A stretch of 24,000 nt of DNA from an uncultured Granulicatella sp. (GCA_963529535.1 CAUSAK010000018.1:7437-31436), one strand, 5' to 3'; positions 1-8,747 are shown, numbered from the stretch's first letter. The notes: a model not told the origin generated them from the sequence alone. Numbers and translations are program-made.

Positions 1-3000
1 GCTCGTGAATCAAATATTTCTGAAGATAATGATTATTATATTTGTGATTATTTGTTTGACCAACTTACTGGTGGTCAACATCTTACTTTCCCATTTCCGT
101 TTAGTTTTGATCCGAATACTAATGTCAAGACGGGAGATAAGACTGTTGTAGAAGCAGAATTTTTAGTACCTAATGGTGCTACTGAAACAGCAGCTTATCA
201 AGTTAGAAAAGAATTTAAGGCAAAGGTAGCAGATATAGCCACAGATTTAGTATGGTTTTTAGAAAAGGAATATAAGAATGACTTAAAAGAAGAATATCCA
301 AAGCCTATTCGTTATGCTAAGGTGCCAGTGAAAAATTTGACAGAAACTGTACTTCCACAGGGAACTACACAGCTTTTAAAATTAATTCCATGGGAGTATA
401 TCGACTTACCGAATGAAGTTAGTGGTAGAGTAGGGTATACCATTCCTAAAAATGTTACCTTTAAGTTTATATTTGATAACGATTATTTAGATAGTATTTC
501 TGGTGCTGAAAAAATAGATGATGAGACAGCAATAAGTAAGCAAGTCATGCAATGGACTGATACTCATACTACAGTATTGGCAGATGGTAGTAGGGTTAAT
601 CAGCCTGGTTGGTTTACAGGACATGACATTTATTTGAAAAATGTTCCGTTCAATCAGGAAATTCCAATCAAAATAGAGTACTATATCAACTATGAAGAAG
701 ATGGACAAAAGCTTTTAGACACAAAAACAGTCTATATCCAATTAGAACCAGAAGAATTTACTGGGAGCGGTGGATTCGCTTTTCATCGTGTGGGCGATAG
801 ACATTGGTTTCGTGGTAATTTAGCTAAAATGAATCCGGAAGAAAAAGATAAGCCGGTAGAATCAGCAAATGGCAAATTATACGCATTATTTAATGATAAG
901 CTCTATTATATTAAGGAAGATATGATGAGTCAGGGGATGCTCTTTTCCAATGAAATATGGAATTGGAACAATGGGAGTGAACCTGGTAAAACGAACGGAG
1001 GTATGGTTACTGAGATAAAAGAAATTAAAGCAGAACTTGAAAGTTCGGGTGAGTATTTCAAATCTTTTATTCTTTCAAGTTTTAACGGTGATTCAGAGGA
1101 AGAACAGAAAAAAGCAAAAGCCTTAGAAACTAGTTTTGAAAATGGTGGTAACCATAAGGTTTATGGTATCAAAGCAGATGGAACGGAAGTCAAGCTTATC
1201 GAAAATATAAAAATCAATACTAAGTATACGATTGAAGACAAGGTTAGAGAGTATCAGGCATTTAAAGTTGTTTTTGAACGACCTGTCATTTTAGATAATA
1301 GTAGAATTCGTTTGCTTGACTATACAGGACTGACAGATGCCGAAATTCAAAAGTTTAAAAATGGCACTTATACAGATGAACCGGTAAAATATTCAAGTAA
1401 GCTTTATGTCAAAGGAAGAACAGGGAGATTGCCAATACGAGATGATGTTAAATACGAGGAAGGTGTTTATGCTGATCCAAATTGGAACTATCATTTAGTA
1501 GGTGCCCTTCATCCAGTTTTTTCTGAATTGATATCTGGTAATAAGGAAGTGGTTTATCAACCAGGTGGAAAAACGTTTGAATTTCGTACGGGTTTGTTAA
1601 GAAATCAGGAAACAGCATATTCCAATTGGGGACCTATTGATAAGATAACAAATGCAAAAACAGTAGCCCTTTTGCCATCAGGCATTGAATTTGATGAATA
1701 TCGTGACGGTACAAAGGACTATCACTATCAGGTGGTTAAGAATTATAAAAATACGGGAAAAACAGCTATTATTACAACATTTGGGGATGTAGCGATTAGA
1801 AAAACAGATGGCTATGATGATCAAGTTGCAGTTTATCAACTAAGGGCAACAAAGGATGCAAAACGAGGCGAGAATATTATTGAGACTTACCTTATTTACG
1901 ATAATAATGATGTCATTAGACCTGCTAAGCTTCAAAACTATGATACTCAAGTCAAGGACGCCCTTGATATGGACAATGATGGTAATAAAGATGAAATCTT
2001 TATGAGAGTAGCGACTACTATTACCTATGTACCTGCCCTAGAAGTTGTATTGCATAAGGAAGTTAAAAATTTACATGACAATTTAGATACAGCCACTTCT
2101 GATTTAGACCTAGGTAATAAGGCTCACTATGTTGTTACAGTATTTAACAATTCAACAGAGGCTGTTCAGAAAATTTCTATTATTGATAAGCTACCTAAAG
2201 CAGGTGACAAGAGTATTACCCCTGATGAAACTGGTGCTTATAAAGAAAGAGGTTCGACTTTTTCTACACCGCTGTATGATTTTGTAGAAAATATTGAAGC
2301 GAATAAAGAAACGCTTAAGAGATTTGATGTCTTTTATCAATTAGAGGACACGGATACCATTGAGGCAACTAAAGAAGGTGCGTGGCTTACTAAAAATCAG
2401 GTCGATGATATTAGTAAGGTGAAAAGTATTAAATTTGTCTTAAAAACAGGTAAAACAATCAACGTTAAGGAGACGGTTAATTTTGAAATACCTGCAAAAT
2501 TACCGTATGATGAAACATTAGATGAAACTAAAGACAAAGCCGTTAATACAGCAGCATTTTCGTTAGATAATAATTTTTATAATGAGGGCAATAATGTAAC
2601 TGCGACTTTTGTTCGATATGATGTTAGTGGTAAGGTTTATTTAGAAGATAAAACAGAAAAAGATGGGAAGTATAATCCGAAAGCGTTAGCCTCTGGAAAG
2701 ATGAGCGACAAGCCGCTGAAAGGAATAAAGGTTGCTTTATACAAGAGTGATACTAAGAAACCTGCCAAGACCCCTGATGATAAGGCAATTGAAACGACAA
2801 CTGATGAAAACGGTGAATATCATTTAAAAAATTATACAAGAGGTCATTACTTTATTAGAGTATTCAAACCTAAAAGCTATAAAAAAGTGGAGACTAACAA
2901 TCCAGCAGATGATAACTGGGGAAATACTATGGATTCCGAAGAGGCAGAGTATGCAGATAGTCCGTCATTTGAATTAGACCCGACAAATCTTACTTCAATA

Positions 3001-4272
3001 CAAAATGCAGCGTTTTATACAGAAAATTATTCATTGACGTATGTTGTCAAAGGTGATAGACCAAATGATGATTCAAACGATGCTAAAACACCGGAAAAAG
3101 TAGAAGATATTGTCGAAAATACTAACCAAGTACTAGCCAAGAAATTGACGACATCAGTAGATACGAAAGAAGGTGTTGAGGGCAAAGGGGTATGGCTATT
3201 TGATGGTTGGTATCATGATGAGAACTTTACAAAAGATAGCAAAGTAGAAAGTTTAGTCATTACGCAAGATGAAACAGTTTATGGTAGATGGATATTTACA
3301 CCTTATACTCCAGATGAAAAACCTGAGCGTGATACCATTGAAGTTACGAAAAAACTCAATGGAGATGTTCCATTAAAAGAAACGTTCTTCCTTTTACAAA
3401 AAGAAGTGAAGGGAACATGGAAAAATGTGAGTAAAGTACCATATCGCCTATTGGTAGGGCAAACCAAAGCGATTAAAGTGGAAAAAGATACTAATGCAAC
3501 TTATCGTGTGCTTGAAACGAATAAGTTCGGTAATCAAGTAGCGGAAGAGGGCAGTACTTTTACAATTGATAGCATTAATTATAAAGTTAGCTATAGTGGT
3601 GATCAAACAAATGGTTTTGTGATTACCAATACTCAAATTTATGAACCATCTACACCAAAACCTGTCAAAGAACTGGAAAAAATCATTGTCAATAAAGTAT
3701 GGGGCGATGGAAGCACTAAGCAAGCAAAGGCATACTTTATTGTTGAAGAAAAAGTTGGCGATACTTGGCAAGCAACACGTGAAGTGCCTTATAGCATTTT
3801 AGGTGACAAGGCGACAGAAGTCTTGGTAGAAAAAGGAAAAACCTATCGTGTTAGAGAAACGAATATGACAGGCTTTGACAAAGAAGAAAACGGTCGATTA
3901 ACACGTGAGAAGATTTTGTATTCAGTAACTTATAAGCAAGAAAAAATGGTAGGTACTAAAAAAGATGGAACACCAATTGATGTTACTAAAGTAACGATCA
4001 CGAATAATGAGCTTAAACCAGGTGGGGGAAATGAATATCCAGGTGGATCACCAAATAATGATCCAAAGAAAAACAATGATATCCCTACAATAGAAAAAGA
4101 GAAACCAACGACAACGACAAAAACAACACTCAATAAGCAATTACCACAAACAGGTACAGTTAAGTCAGAAAGTGGAAAAATGGCTTGTGAATGTTTACTT
4201 CTTGTAGGTATTGTAGGTATTATTTTCTTTGGTAGAAAGAGAATGCTTCAGAAAAGAGATGCGTCAATGTGA
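1..4272 (+). CDS. LPXTG-anchored cell-wall surface protein (MSCRAMM-like adhesin), 5'-partial at the window edge
   Basis: Frame 1 has no stop from nt 1 to the TGA at 4270-4272. The TTG at 52 used by the ORF track is therefore probably internal, and the gene continues upstream of the window. C-terminal sorting signal: LPQTG (nt 4141-4155), hydrophobic CLLLVGIVGIIFF, basic tail GRKRMLQKRD. Upstream of it lie a Pro/Thr/Lys-rich wall-spanning stretch (PGGGNEYPGGSPNNDPKKNND...KPTTTTKTT) and two CnaB-like domains. Further upstream are one SdrD-B-like domain (VSGKVYLEDK...TTTDENGEYHLKNYTRGHYFIRV), a FDGWYHDENF...VYGRW Listeria/Bacteroides-type repeat and a DUF11-like segment (LGNKAHYVVTVFNNSTEAVQKISIIDKLP). 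Confidence 0.9.
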   Translation, partial: ARESNISEDNDYYICDYLFDQLTGGQHLTFPFPFSFDPNTNVKTGDKTVVEAEFLVPNGATETAAYQVRKEFKAKVADIATDLVWFLEKEYKNDLKEEYPKPIRYAKVPVKNLTETVLPQGTTQLLKLIPWEYIDLPNEVSGRVGYTIPKNVTFKFIFDNDYLDSISGAEKIDDETAISKQVMQWTDTHTTVLADGSRVNQPGWFTGHDIYLKNVPFNQEIPIKIEYYINYEEDGQKLLDTKTVYIQLEPEEFTGSGGFAFHRVGDRHWFRGNLAKMNPEEKDKPVESANGKLYALFNDKLYYIKEDMMSQGMLFSNEIWNWNNGSEPGKTNGGMVTEIKEIKAELESSGEYFKSFILSSFNGDSEEEQKKAKALETSFENGGNHKVYGIKADGTEVKLIENIKINTKYTIEDKVREYQAFKVVFERPVILDNSRIRLLDYTGLTDAEIQKFKNGTYTDEPVKYSSKLYVKGRTGRLPIRDDVKYEEGVYADPNWNYHLVGALHPVFSELISGNKEVVYQPGGKTFEFRTGLLRNQETAYSNWGPIDKITNAKTVALLPSGIEFDEYRDGTKDYHYQVVKNYKNTGKTAIITTFGDVAIRKTDGYDDQVAVYQLRATKDAKRGENIIETYLIYDNNDVIRPAKLQNYDTQVKDALDMDNDGNKDEIFMRVATTITYVPALEVVLHKEVKNLHDNLDTATSDLDLGNKAHYVVTVFNNSTEAVQKISIIDKLPKAGDKSITPDETGAYKERGSTFSTPLYDFVENIEANKETLKRFDVFYQLEDTDTIEATKEGAWLTKNQVDDISKVKSIKFVLKTGKTINVKETVNFEIPAKLPYDETLDETKDKAVNTAAFSLDNNFYNEGNNVTATFVRYDVSGKVYLEDKTEKDGKYNPKALASGKMSDKPLKGIKVALYKSDTKKPAKTPDDKAIETTTDENGEYHLKNYTRGHYFIRVFKPKSYKKVETNNPADDNWGNTMDSEEAEYADSPSFELDPTNLTSIQNAAFYTENYSLTYVVKGDRPNDDSNDAKTPEKVEDIVENTNQVLAKKLTTSVDTKEGVEGKGVWLFDGWYHDENFTKDSKVESLVITQDETVYGRWIFTPYTPDEKPERDTIEVTKKLNGDVPLKETFFLLQKEVKGTWKNVSKVPYRLLVGQTKAIKVEKDTNATYRVLETNKFGNQVAEEGSTFTIDSINYKVSYSGDQTNGFVITNTQIYEPSTPKPVKELEKIIVNKVWGDGSTKQAKAYFIVEEKVGDTWQATREVPYSILGDKATEVLVEKGKTYRVRETNMTGFDKEENGRLTREKILYSVTYKQEKMVGTKKDGTPIDVTKVTITNNELKPGGGNEYPGGSPNNDPKKNNDIPTIEKEKPTTTTKTTLNKQLPQTGTVKSESGKMACECLLLVGIVGIIFFGRKRMLQKRDASM
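3325..4020 (+). repeat. Two tandem, divergent CnaB-type (isopeptide-domain-like) repeats inside the LPXTG gene
   Basis: Two ~110-aa copies: IEVTKKLNGD...TYRVLETNKFG...FVITNTQ and IIVNKVWGDG...TYRVRETNMTG...VTITNNE. Each has a first-strand Lys, an E-box-like Y-R-V-x-E-T-N and a last-strand I-T-N. Similarity is at protein level only; the DNA copies are diverged. Confidence 0.6.
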
Positions 4273-4366
4273 CTTATTTCCTTTTTCTCAAGTATCAGTT
4301 GAAATGAATCATTTTCGATGTACTACAATGCGAGTTCTATCAACAGATGAGAACCCCTAATAAAAT

Positions 4367-4420
4367 AAAAATCGACACATGAAATCTAGTAAAAAAAGGA
4401 TTTTATGGTGTCGATTTTTT
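4367..4420. terminator. Bidirectional rho-independent terminator between convergent LPXTG gene and thiolase
   Basis: AAAAATCGACAC (4367-4378) pairs with GTGTCGATTTTT (4408-4419). The stem extends inward (ATGAAATC / GATTTTAT). An A-run lies on the left and a T-run on the right, so it can terminate both strands. Confidence 0.7.
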
Positions 4421-4428
4421 ATATGTTG

Positions 4429-5619
4429 TTATTGTTCAATTTTTAAACTTAAAGCTACACCCATGCCGCCACCAACACATAGAGAGGCAATTCCGGTTTG
4501 TAATTGACGTTGTTGTAAAGCGTGAATTAATGTCACCACAATACGAGCACCGGAAGCTCCAATTGGATGTCCTAATGCGATAGCACCACCATGGACATTC
4601 ACTTTTTCAGGATTGATGTTTAAGTCTTTGATGACTGCTAAACTTTGAGCAGCAAAAGCTTCGTTTAATTCAAATAAATCAACTTTATCTAAAGGGATAT
4701 GAGTTCTTTGAATCAATTTTTCAATAGCAGGGACTGGTCCGATTCCCATAATAGAAGGATTGACTCCTGCTTCAGCATATCCTGTTAAAGTAGCCAAAAT
4801 CGGTAAATTTAGAGTGTTTGCCACTTCCCGTGTTGTTAATATTAAAGCTGCCGCTCCATCGTTAATTCCGGAAGAATTTCCCGCTGTTACGGCTCCATCT
4901 GTTTTAAAGGCAGGTCTTAATGAACCGAGAGATTCTACAGTTGTTGCTGGGCGAATAAATTCATCTTTATCAATCGCTACGACTTGCTTTGTTTTTTTAT
5001 TCGTGAGTTCAATTGGTGTAATTTCTTTATCAAAAGCACCACTTTGTTGTGCTTGGTATGCTTTTTGTTGAGAATAAACTGCAAATTCATCTAATTGTTG
5101 ACGGGTAAATCCATATTTTTTAACTAGATTTTCAGCAGTAATACCCATCGCTTCGTTAGAAAAGGCATCAGTTAATCCATCATGGAATAAAGCATCAATC
5201 ATGGTACAGTTTCCATTTTTTGTAGCAAATCGATTTGGTAGTAGATGTGGAGCTAAAGACATATTTTCCATTCCGCCGGCTAATACGATTTTTGCATCGC
5301 CTAGACGAATCGCTTGAGCCGCTAATAAAATAGATTTTAATCCAGAGCCACAAACTTCGTTTACGGTTAAAGCTGTACTAGTATGTGCTAATCCTGAATT
5401 TAGCGCAACTTGACGGGCAGGATTTTGACCGAGACCTGCTTGTAATACGTGTCCAAAAATGACCATGTCGATTAAAGTTGGATCTATATTTCCTTTTTGA
5501 ATGGCTGATTTCGCAGCAGCTGTACCTAATTCAACAGCACTGATAGAAGAGAATTGCCCTCCGAATTTTCCAATAGCTGTTCTAGTAGCGCTAATAATCA
5601 CAATATCGTTTGAATTCAT
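4429..5619 (-). CDS. Acetyl-CoA C-acetyltransferase (thiolase II), stand-alone
   Basis: 396-aa ORF with thiolase catalytic motifs: NEVCGSGLKS (acyl-Cys), NVHGGAIALGHPIGASGAR (His) and CVGGGMGVA (C-terminal Cys). AAGGAGA RBS lies just upstream of the ATG on the minus strand (5625-5631). No HMG-CoA reductase domain is fused. Confidence 0.95.
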   Translation of the reverse strand: MNSNDIVIISATRTAIGKFGGQFSSISAVELGTAAAKSAIQKGNIDPTLIDMVIFGHVLQAGLGQNPARQVALNSGLAHTSTALTVNEVCGSGLKSILLAAQAIRLGDAKIVLAGGMENMSLAPHLLPNRFATKNGNCTMIDALFHDGLTDAFSNEAMGITAENLVKKYGFTRQQLDEFAVYSQQKAYQAQQSGAFDKEITPIELTNKKTKQVVAIDKDEFIRPATTVESLGSLRPAFKTDGAVTAGNSSGINDGAAALILTTREVANTLNLPILATLTGYAEAGVNPSIMGIGPVPAIEKLIQRTHIPLDKVDLFELNEAFAAQSLAVIKDLNINPEKVNVHGGAIALGHPIGASGARIVVTLIHALQQRQLQTGIASLCVGGGMGVALSLKIEQ

Positions 5620-5652
5620 ATCATTCTCCTTAAAATTTCATTTCTGTTCAGA

Positions 5653-6288
5653 TTACCAAATGTCATAGCGAGCATTGGATTTATTCCAGTGTATTTCTTC
5701 TAAGTATTTTCTAACTTCATTTTTTTGATGATTTTTAAATAAATTTAGGATTGTCTGATGTTCATCATTTGTCGTTTTCAACAAGTTTTGTATCGTTTCA
5801 GGAGTTATTCTTTTGTAGTTTTTACCAACGAATATTTTTTTCTTATTTTTAAGTTCCTGTACCATAATTGAGTTTGTACTTAGTGATATATATACGTTAT
5901 GAAAACTCTCTTGTAGTTCGTTGTATTTTGTATACAATCTATTCTTGATGGAAGAATACATACTATCTATTAAAAATTGCATAACGGAATAATCTTCTTG
6001 AGTTAATTTCTCACAGGTTTCGTATGCTATTTTTCCATCTAAGGTTCCAATAATTTCATAAATATTTTCTACTTCTTCTTGAGAATATTGTTTTAATTTA
6101 AATCCTTTTCGAGGTTCTCTTTCTAATATATTTTCAGAAGCAAGTTGTAGTAATGCTTCTCGGATTGGCGTGCGGCTTAGACCGACATTGTCGGATAAAA
6201 ATTGTTCAGTTATTTTATCAGTAGGTGTTAGATTGCCAAGGGTCACTTGTTCTGAAATAAAATTGTATACTTTTTCTTTAGGTTCCAT
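5653..6288 (-). CDS. GntR-family transcriptional regulator (FadR/FCD-type C-terminal domain)
   Basis: 211 aa. N-terminal GntR winged helix (LSDNVGLSRTPIREALLQLASENILEREPRKGFKL) followed by a ~140-aa helical effector domain. The stop is only 33 nt from the thiolase start, with no terminator between them. Confidence 0.85.
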   Translation of the reverse strand: MEPKEKVYNFISEQVTLGNLTPTDKITEQFLSDNVGLSRTPIREALLQLASENILEREPRKGFKLKQYSQEEVENIYEIIGTLDGKIAYETCEKLTQEDYSVMQFLIDSMYSSIKNRLYTKYNELQESFHNVYISLSTNSIMVQELKNKKKIFVGKNYKRITPETIQNLLKTTNDEHQTILNLFKNHQKNEVRKYLEEIHWNKSNARYDIW

Positions 6289-6349
6289 ATTTTCATTCCT
6301 TTCTACTATAAGTATTACAAAAAAAAAGAAAAATTACAATAAAAACATA

Positions 6350-6378
6350 TTGAAAAAATAAATTGTATATTGTATACT
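6350..6378 (+). promoter_or_regulatory. Candidate sigma-A promoter of the DDAH-like gene with an embedded GntR-type palindromic operator
   Basis: TTGAAA (6350-6355), 17-nt spacer, TATACT (6373-6378). Inside it, GTATA-TTG-TATAC (6365-6377) is a perfect 5-bp inverted repeat of the T-n-GT-N-AC-n-A type used by FadR-subfamily GntR regulators. A second perfect TATAAT at 6395-6400 is an alternative -10; with that choice the palindrome falls at the -35 region. Confidence 0.45.
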
Positions 6379-6419
6379 ATTTGTGTAGAAAAAATATAAT
6401 AAAGGAAGAAGGAAGTAAT

Positions 6420-7187
6420 ATGTTTAAAAATGTTATTGTCAGAGTACCGTCTAGAACGGTTTGTGATGGTTTAACTAGTGCAAATGAAGGTAAACCTATT
6501 TATGAAAAAGCACTAGTACAACACGAAAATTATGTTAGTGCTTTGACTAAAACGGGAGTTAATGTTACAGTGTTGGAACCTAAAGATGAGTTTCCGGATT
6601 CATGTTTTGTAGAAGATGTGGCACTCTGTACAAGTAAGTGTGTGATTATTACTCGTCCAGGTGCATTAAGCCGTCGTAAAGAGGCTGTATTACCGGATAT
6701 GTTGGAAACATTGAAAAGATTCTATGACAATATAGAGTATATTGAAGAGCCTGGAACTGTAGAAGCTGGAGATATTATGATGGTAGGTGATCATTTTTAT
6801 ATTGGGTTATCCGCTCGTACTAATGAAGCCGGGGCAAAACAAATGATTTCTATCTTAGAAAAGTATGGTTTAAGTGGACAAATGGTACATATGAGTGAAA
6901 TGCTTCATCTTAAAACAGGATTGGCGTATCTTGAAAACAATAATTTATTAGTTGCAGGAGAGTTTAAGACAGCTCCTGAATTCGAAAAATATAATAAGAT
7001 TGAGATTGAGATGAATGAAGCATATGGTGCGAATTGCATTTGGGTTAATGATTATGTGATTGTGCCAGAAGGATATCCAAACGTACAAAAAGCGATTGAA
7101 AATTTGGGTTATAAAGTGTTAGTAGTTGATACTTCCGAATTTAGAAAAATTGACGGTGGACTTAGTTGTTTATCATTGCGATTCTAA
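6420..7187 (+). CDS. Dimethylarginine dimethylaminohydrolase (DDAH) family / pentein-superfamily guanidino-group hydrolase
   Basis: Start moved from 6363 to the ATG at 6420 (MFKNVIVRVPS...). GGAAGAAGGAAG RBS lies at 6404-6415, and the 6363 start would sit inside the promoter. 255 aa, typical DDAH size. Family hallmarks: N-terminal VIVRVPS, FVEDVA, HLKTG (His) and C-terminal DGGLSCLSLRF with the nucleophile Cys. Confidence 0.8.
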   Translation: MFKNVIVRVPSRTVCDGLTSANEGKPIYEKALVQHENYVSALTKTGVNVTVLEPKDEFPDSCFVEDVALCTSKCVIITRPGALSRRKEAVLPDMLETLKRFYDNIEYIEEPGTVEAGDIMMVGDHFYIGLSARTNEAGAKQMISILEKYGLSGQMVHMSEMLHLKTGLAYLENNNLLVAGEFKTAPEFEKYNKIEIEMNEAYGANCIWVNDYVIVPEGYPNVQKAIENLGYKVLVVDTSEFRKIDGGLSCLSLRF

Positions 7188-7220
7188 CATTTAGATGGTA
7201 ATTGGATGAAATGTGTGATA

Positions 7221-7253
7221 GGCAATCAACTGTTAAAGTTGGTTGCCTTTTTT
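7221..7253 (+). terminator. Intrinsic terminator / attenuator between the DDAH-like gene and the permease
   Basis: GGCAATCAAC (7221-7230) pairs with GTTGGTTGCC (7238-7247): 10 bp with one G-U, 7-nt loop, followed by TTTTTT (7248-7253). Only about 7 nt separate the T-run from the permease RBS GGAGGTGGAG (7261-7270). Confidence 0.6.
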
Positions 7254-7273
7254 GATAACAGGAGGTGGAGATA

Positions 7274-8686
7274 ATGAAACAAGATGGTAAGTTATCATTA
7301 ATATCGCTTATTGGGATTATCATGAGTGCTATTATTGGAGCAGGAATATTTAATCTCATGAAAGAGATGGCGAGTGTCGCTTCAGTTGGTGCAACGATGA
7401 TTGGCTGGATTGTTACAGGAATAGGGATGGGTAGTTTAGCGCTTTGTATGCTTACATTAAATACTGCTAGACCTGATTTAGATGCAGGAATTTTTAGTTA
7501 TGCTAGGGAAGGGTTTGGAGATTATATAGGATTTAATTCGGTATGGGGGTATTGGATATCCGTTATTATTGGTAATGTAGCATTTGGGACATTATTATTT
7601 AGTGCGCTTGGATATTTTTTCCCGATTTTTGGTGATGGACAAAATATTGCATCCATTATTGGGGCTTCTGTTTTACTTTGGATTATTCATTATATGTTAT
7701 TGAAGGGTTTAGACAAAGCCGCATTACTTAACGCAATTGTGATGTTAGCAAAACTGATTCCATTAGTTATTTTTTTAATTTGTATCGTTACTGCATTTAA
7801 AATCAATTTGTTTACTATAGATTTTTGGGGAAATAATGTATTAGATGGAGATTTGGGTAGTGTTGTTGAACAAGTAAAAGGAAGTATGTTAGTTACTGTG
7901 TGGGTGTTTATTGGAATAGAGGGTGCTGTCGTGTTCTCTGGTCGAGCAAGAAATAGATCAGATGTAGGGAGAGCAACAGTTTTAGCATTTATTGCTATTA
8001 CAATCATATATGCAATGATCACAGTTCTATCGTTTGGTATTCTGACAAGGGCAGATATTGCATCCTTACCAAATCCTGCTATGGGATATGTATTAGAAAG
8101 CATAATTGGAAAAACAGGAGCAACAATAGTAAATGCTGGTGTAATTATATCAATTTTTGGTGCTTGGATTGCGAATACGTTATTAGCTGAAGAGATTGCT
8201 TATCAAGCAGGAGTGCAGAAATTGTTTCCAAAATGTTTTACAGTTGAAAATAAAAATGGTATGCCTGCTGTGTCAACGTTTATTACAAACTTTTTAGTCC
8301 AATTACTTTTAATCTCATTTTTATTTACTAGTGAAGCATATAGTGTTTTATCAAAATTATCTTCTGCAACTATTTTATTACCATACGCGTGCGTTGCTTT
8401 TTTCTTGATGAAAGAAATAGCGAGAAAGAAAATAAAGGCTCAAATAACTACAATTGCTTTAGGTTTGATTTCAACGATATATATGCTGTGGTTAATTATT
8501 TCATCAGGCTATGTGTATGTGATTTTGACTATCTTAGCTTTATGTCCAGGTACATTAATTTATATATATGTAAAAAAATATTACAAAGAGAAAATGTTTA
8601 CAGCTCCAGAGTATGTTATTTTAACTATAGTAGGGATATTATTTATATATGGTTTATGTAATTTATCTACGCTATTAGTAGGTTAA
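7274..8686 (+). CDS. APC-superfamily amino acid transporter, ArcD-like basic amino acid/polyamine antiporter type
   Basis: About 470 aa and highly hydrophobic, with roughly 12-13 TM segments. N-terminal LSLISLIGIIMSAIIGAGIFNLMKEMA resembles the ArcD/APA signature. The ATG at 7274 is preferred over the GTG at 7265 because GGAGGTGGAG ends 3 nt before it. Confidence 0.85.
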   Translation: MKQDGKLSLISLIGIIMSAIIGAGIFNLMKEMASVASVGATMIGWIVTGIGMGSLALCMLTLNTARPDLDAGIFSYAREGFGDYIGFNSVWGYWISVIIGNVAFGTLLFSALGYFFPIFGDGQNIASIIGASVLLWIIHYMLLKGLDKAALLNAIVMLAKLIPLVIFLICIVTAFKINLFTIDFWGNNVLDGDLGSVVEQVKGSMLVTVWVFIGIEGAVVFSGRARNRSDVGRATVLAFIAITIIYAMITVLSFGILTRADIASLPNPAMGYVLESIIGKTGATIVNAGVIISIFGAWIANTLLAEEIAYQAGVQKLFPKCFTVENKNGMPAVSTFITNFLVQLLLISFLFTSEAYSVLSKLSSATILLPYACVAFFLMKEIARKKIKAQITTIALGLISTIYMLWLIISSGYVYVILTILALCPGTLIYIYVKKYYKEKMFTAPEYVILTIVGILFIYGLCNLSTLLVG

Positions 8687-8747
8687 ATTAAAAGATATAG
8701 ATGAAAAACAGTTAATCGTCAGGTTTGTTCGTCTTTAAAATTAAAAG

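Noticed and set aside
52-54. TTG at 52 as the start codon of the LPXTG protein.
   Set aside because: The frame is open back to nt 1. No RBS precedes nt 52, and no signal peptide follows it, although an LPXTG protein must have one. The true start is upstream of the window.
4429-5619. Possibility that the thiolase is an enterococcal-type MvaE thiolase/HMG-CoA reductase fusion.
   Set aside because: The ORF is only 396 aa and ends with the thiolase C-terminal motif. The flanking sequence holds a terminator on one side and the GntR gene on the other, so there is no reductase domain.
6363-6419. N-terminal extension MYIVYYLCRKNIIKEEGSN of the DDAH-like ORF.
   Set aside because: It would begin inside the predicted promoter/operator and overlaps the RBS. 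The ATG at 6420 gives the canonical family N-terminus and length.
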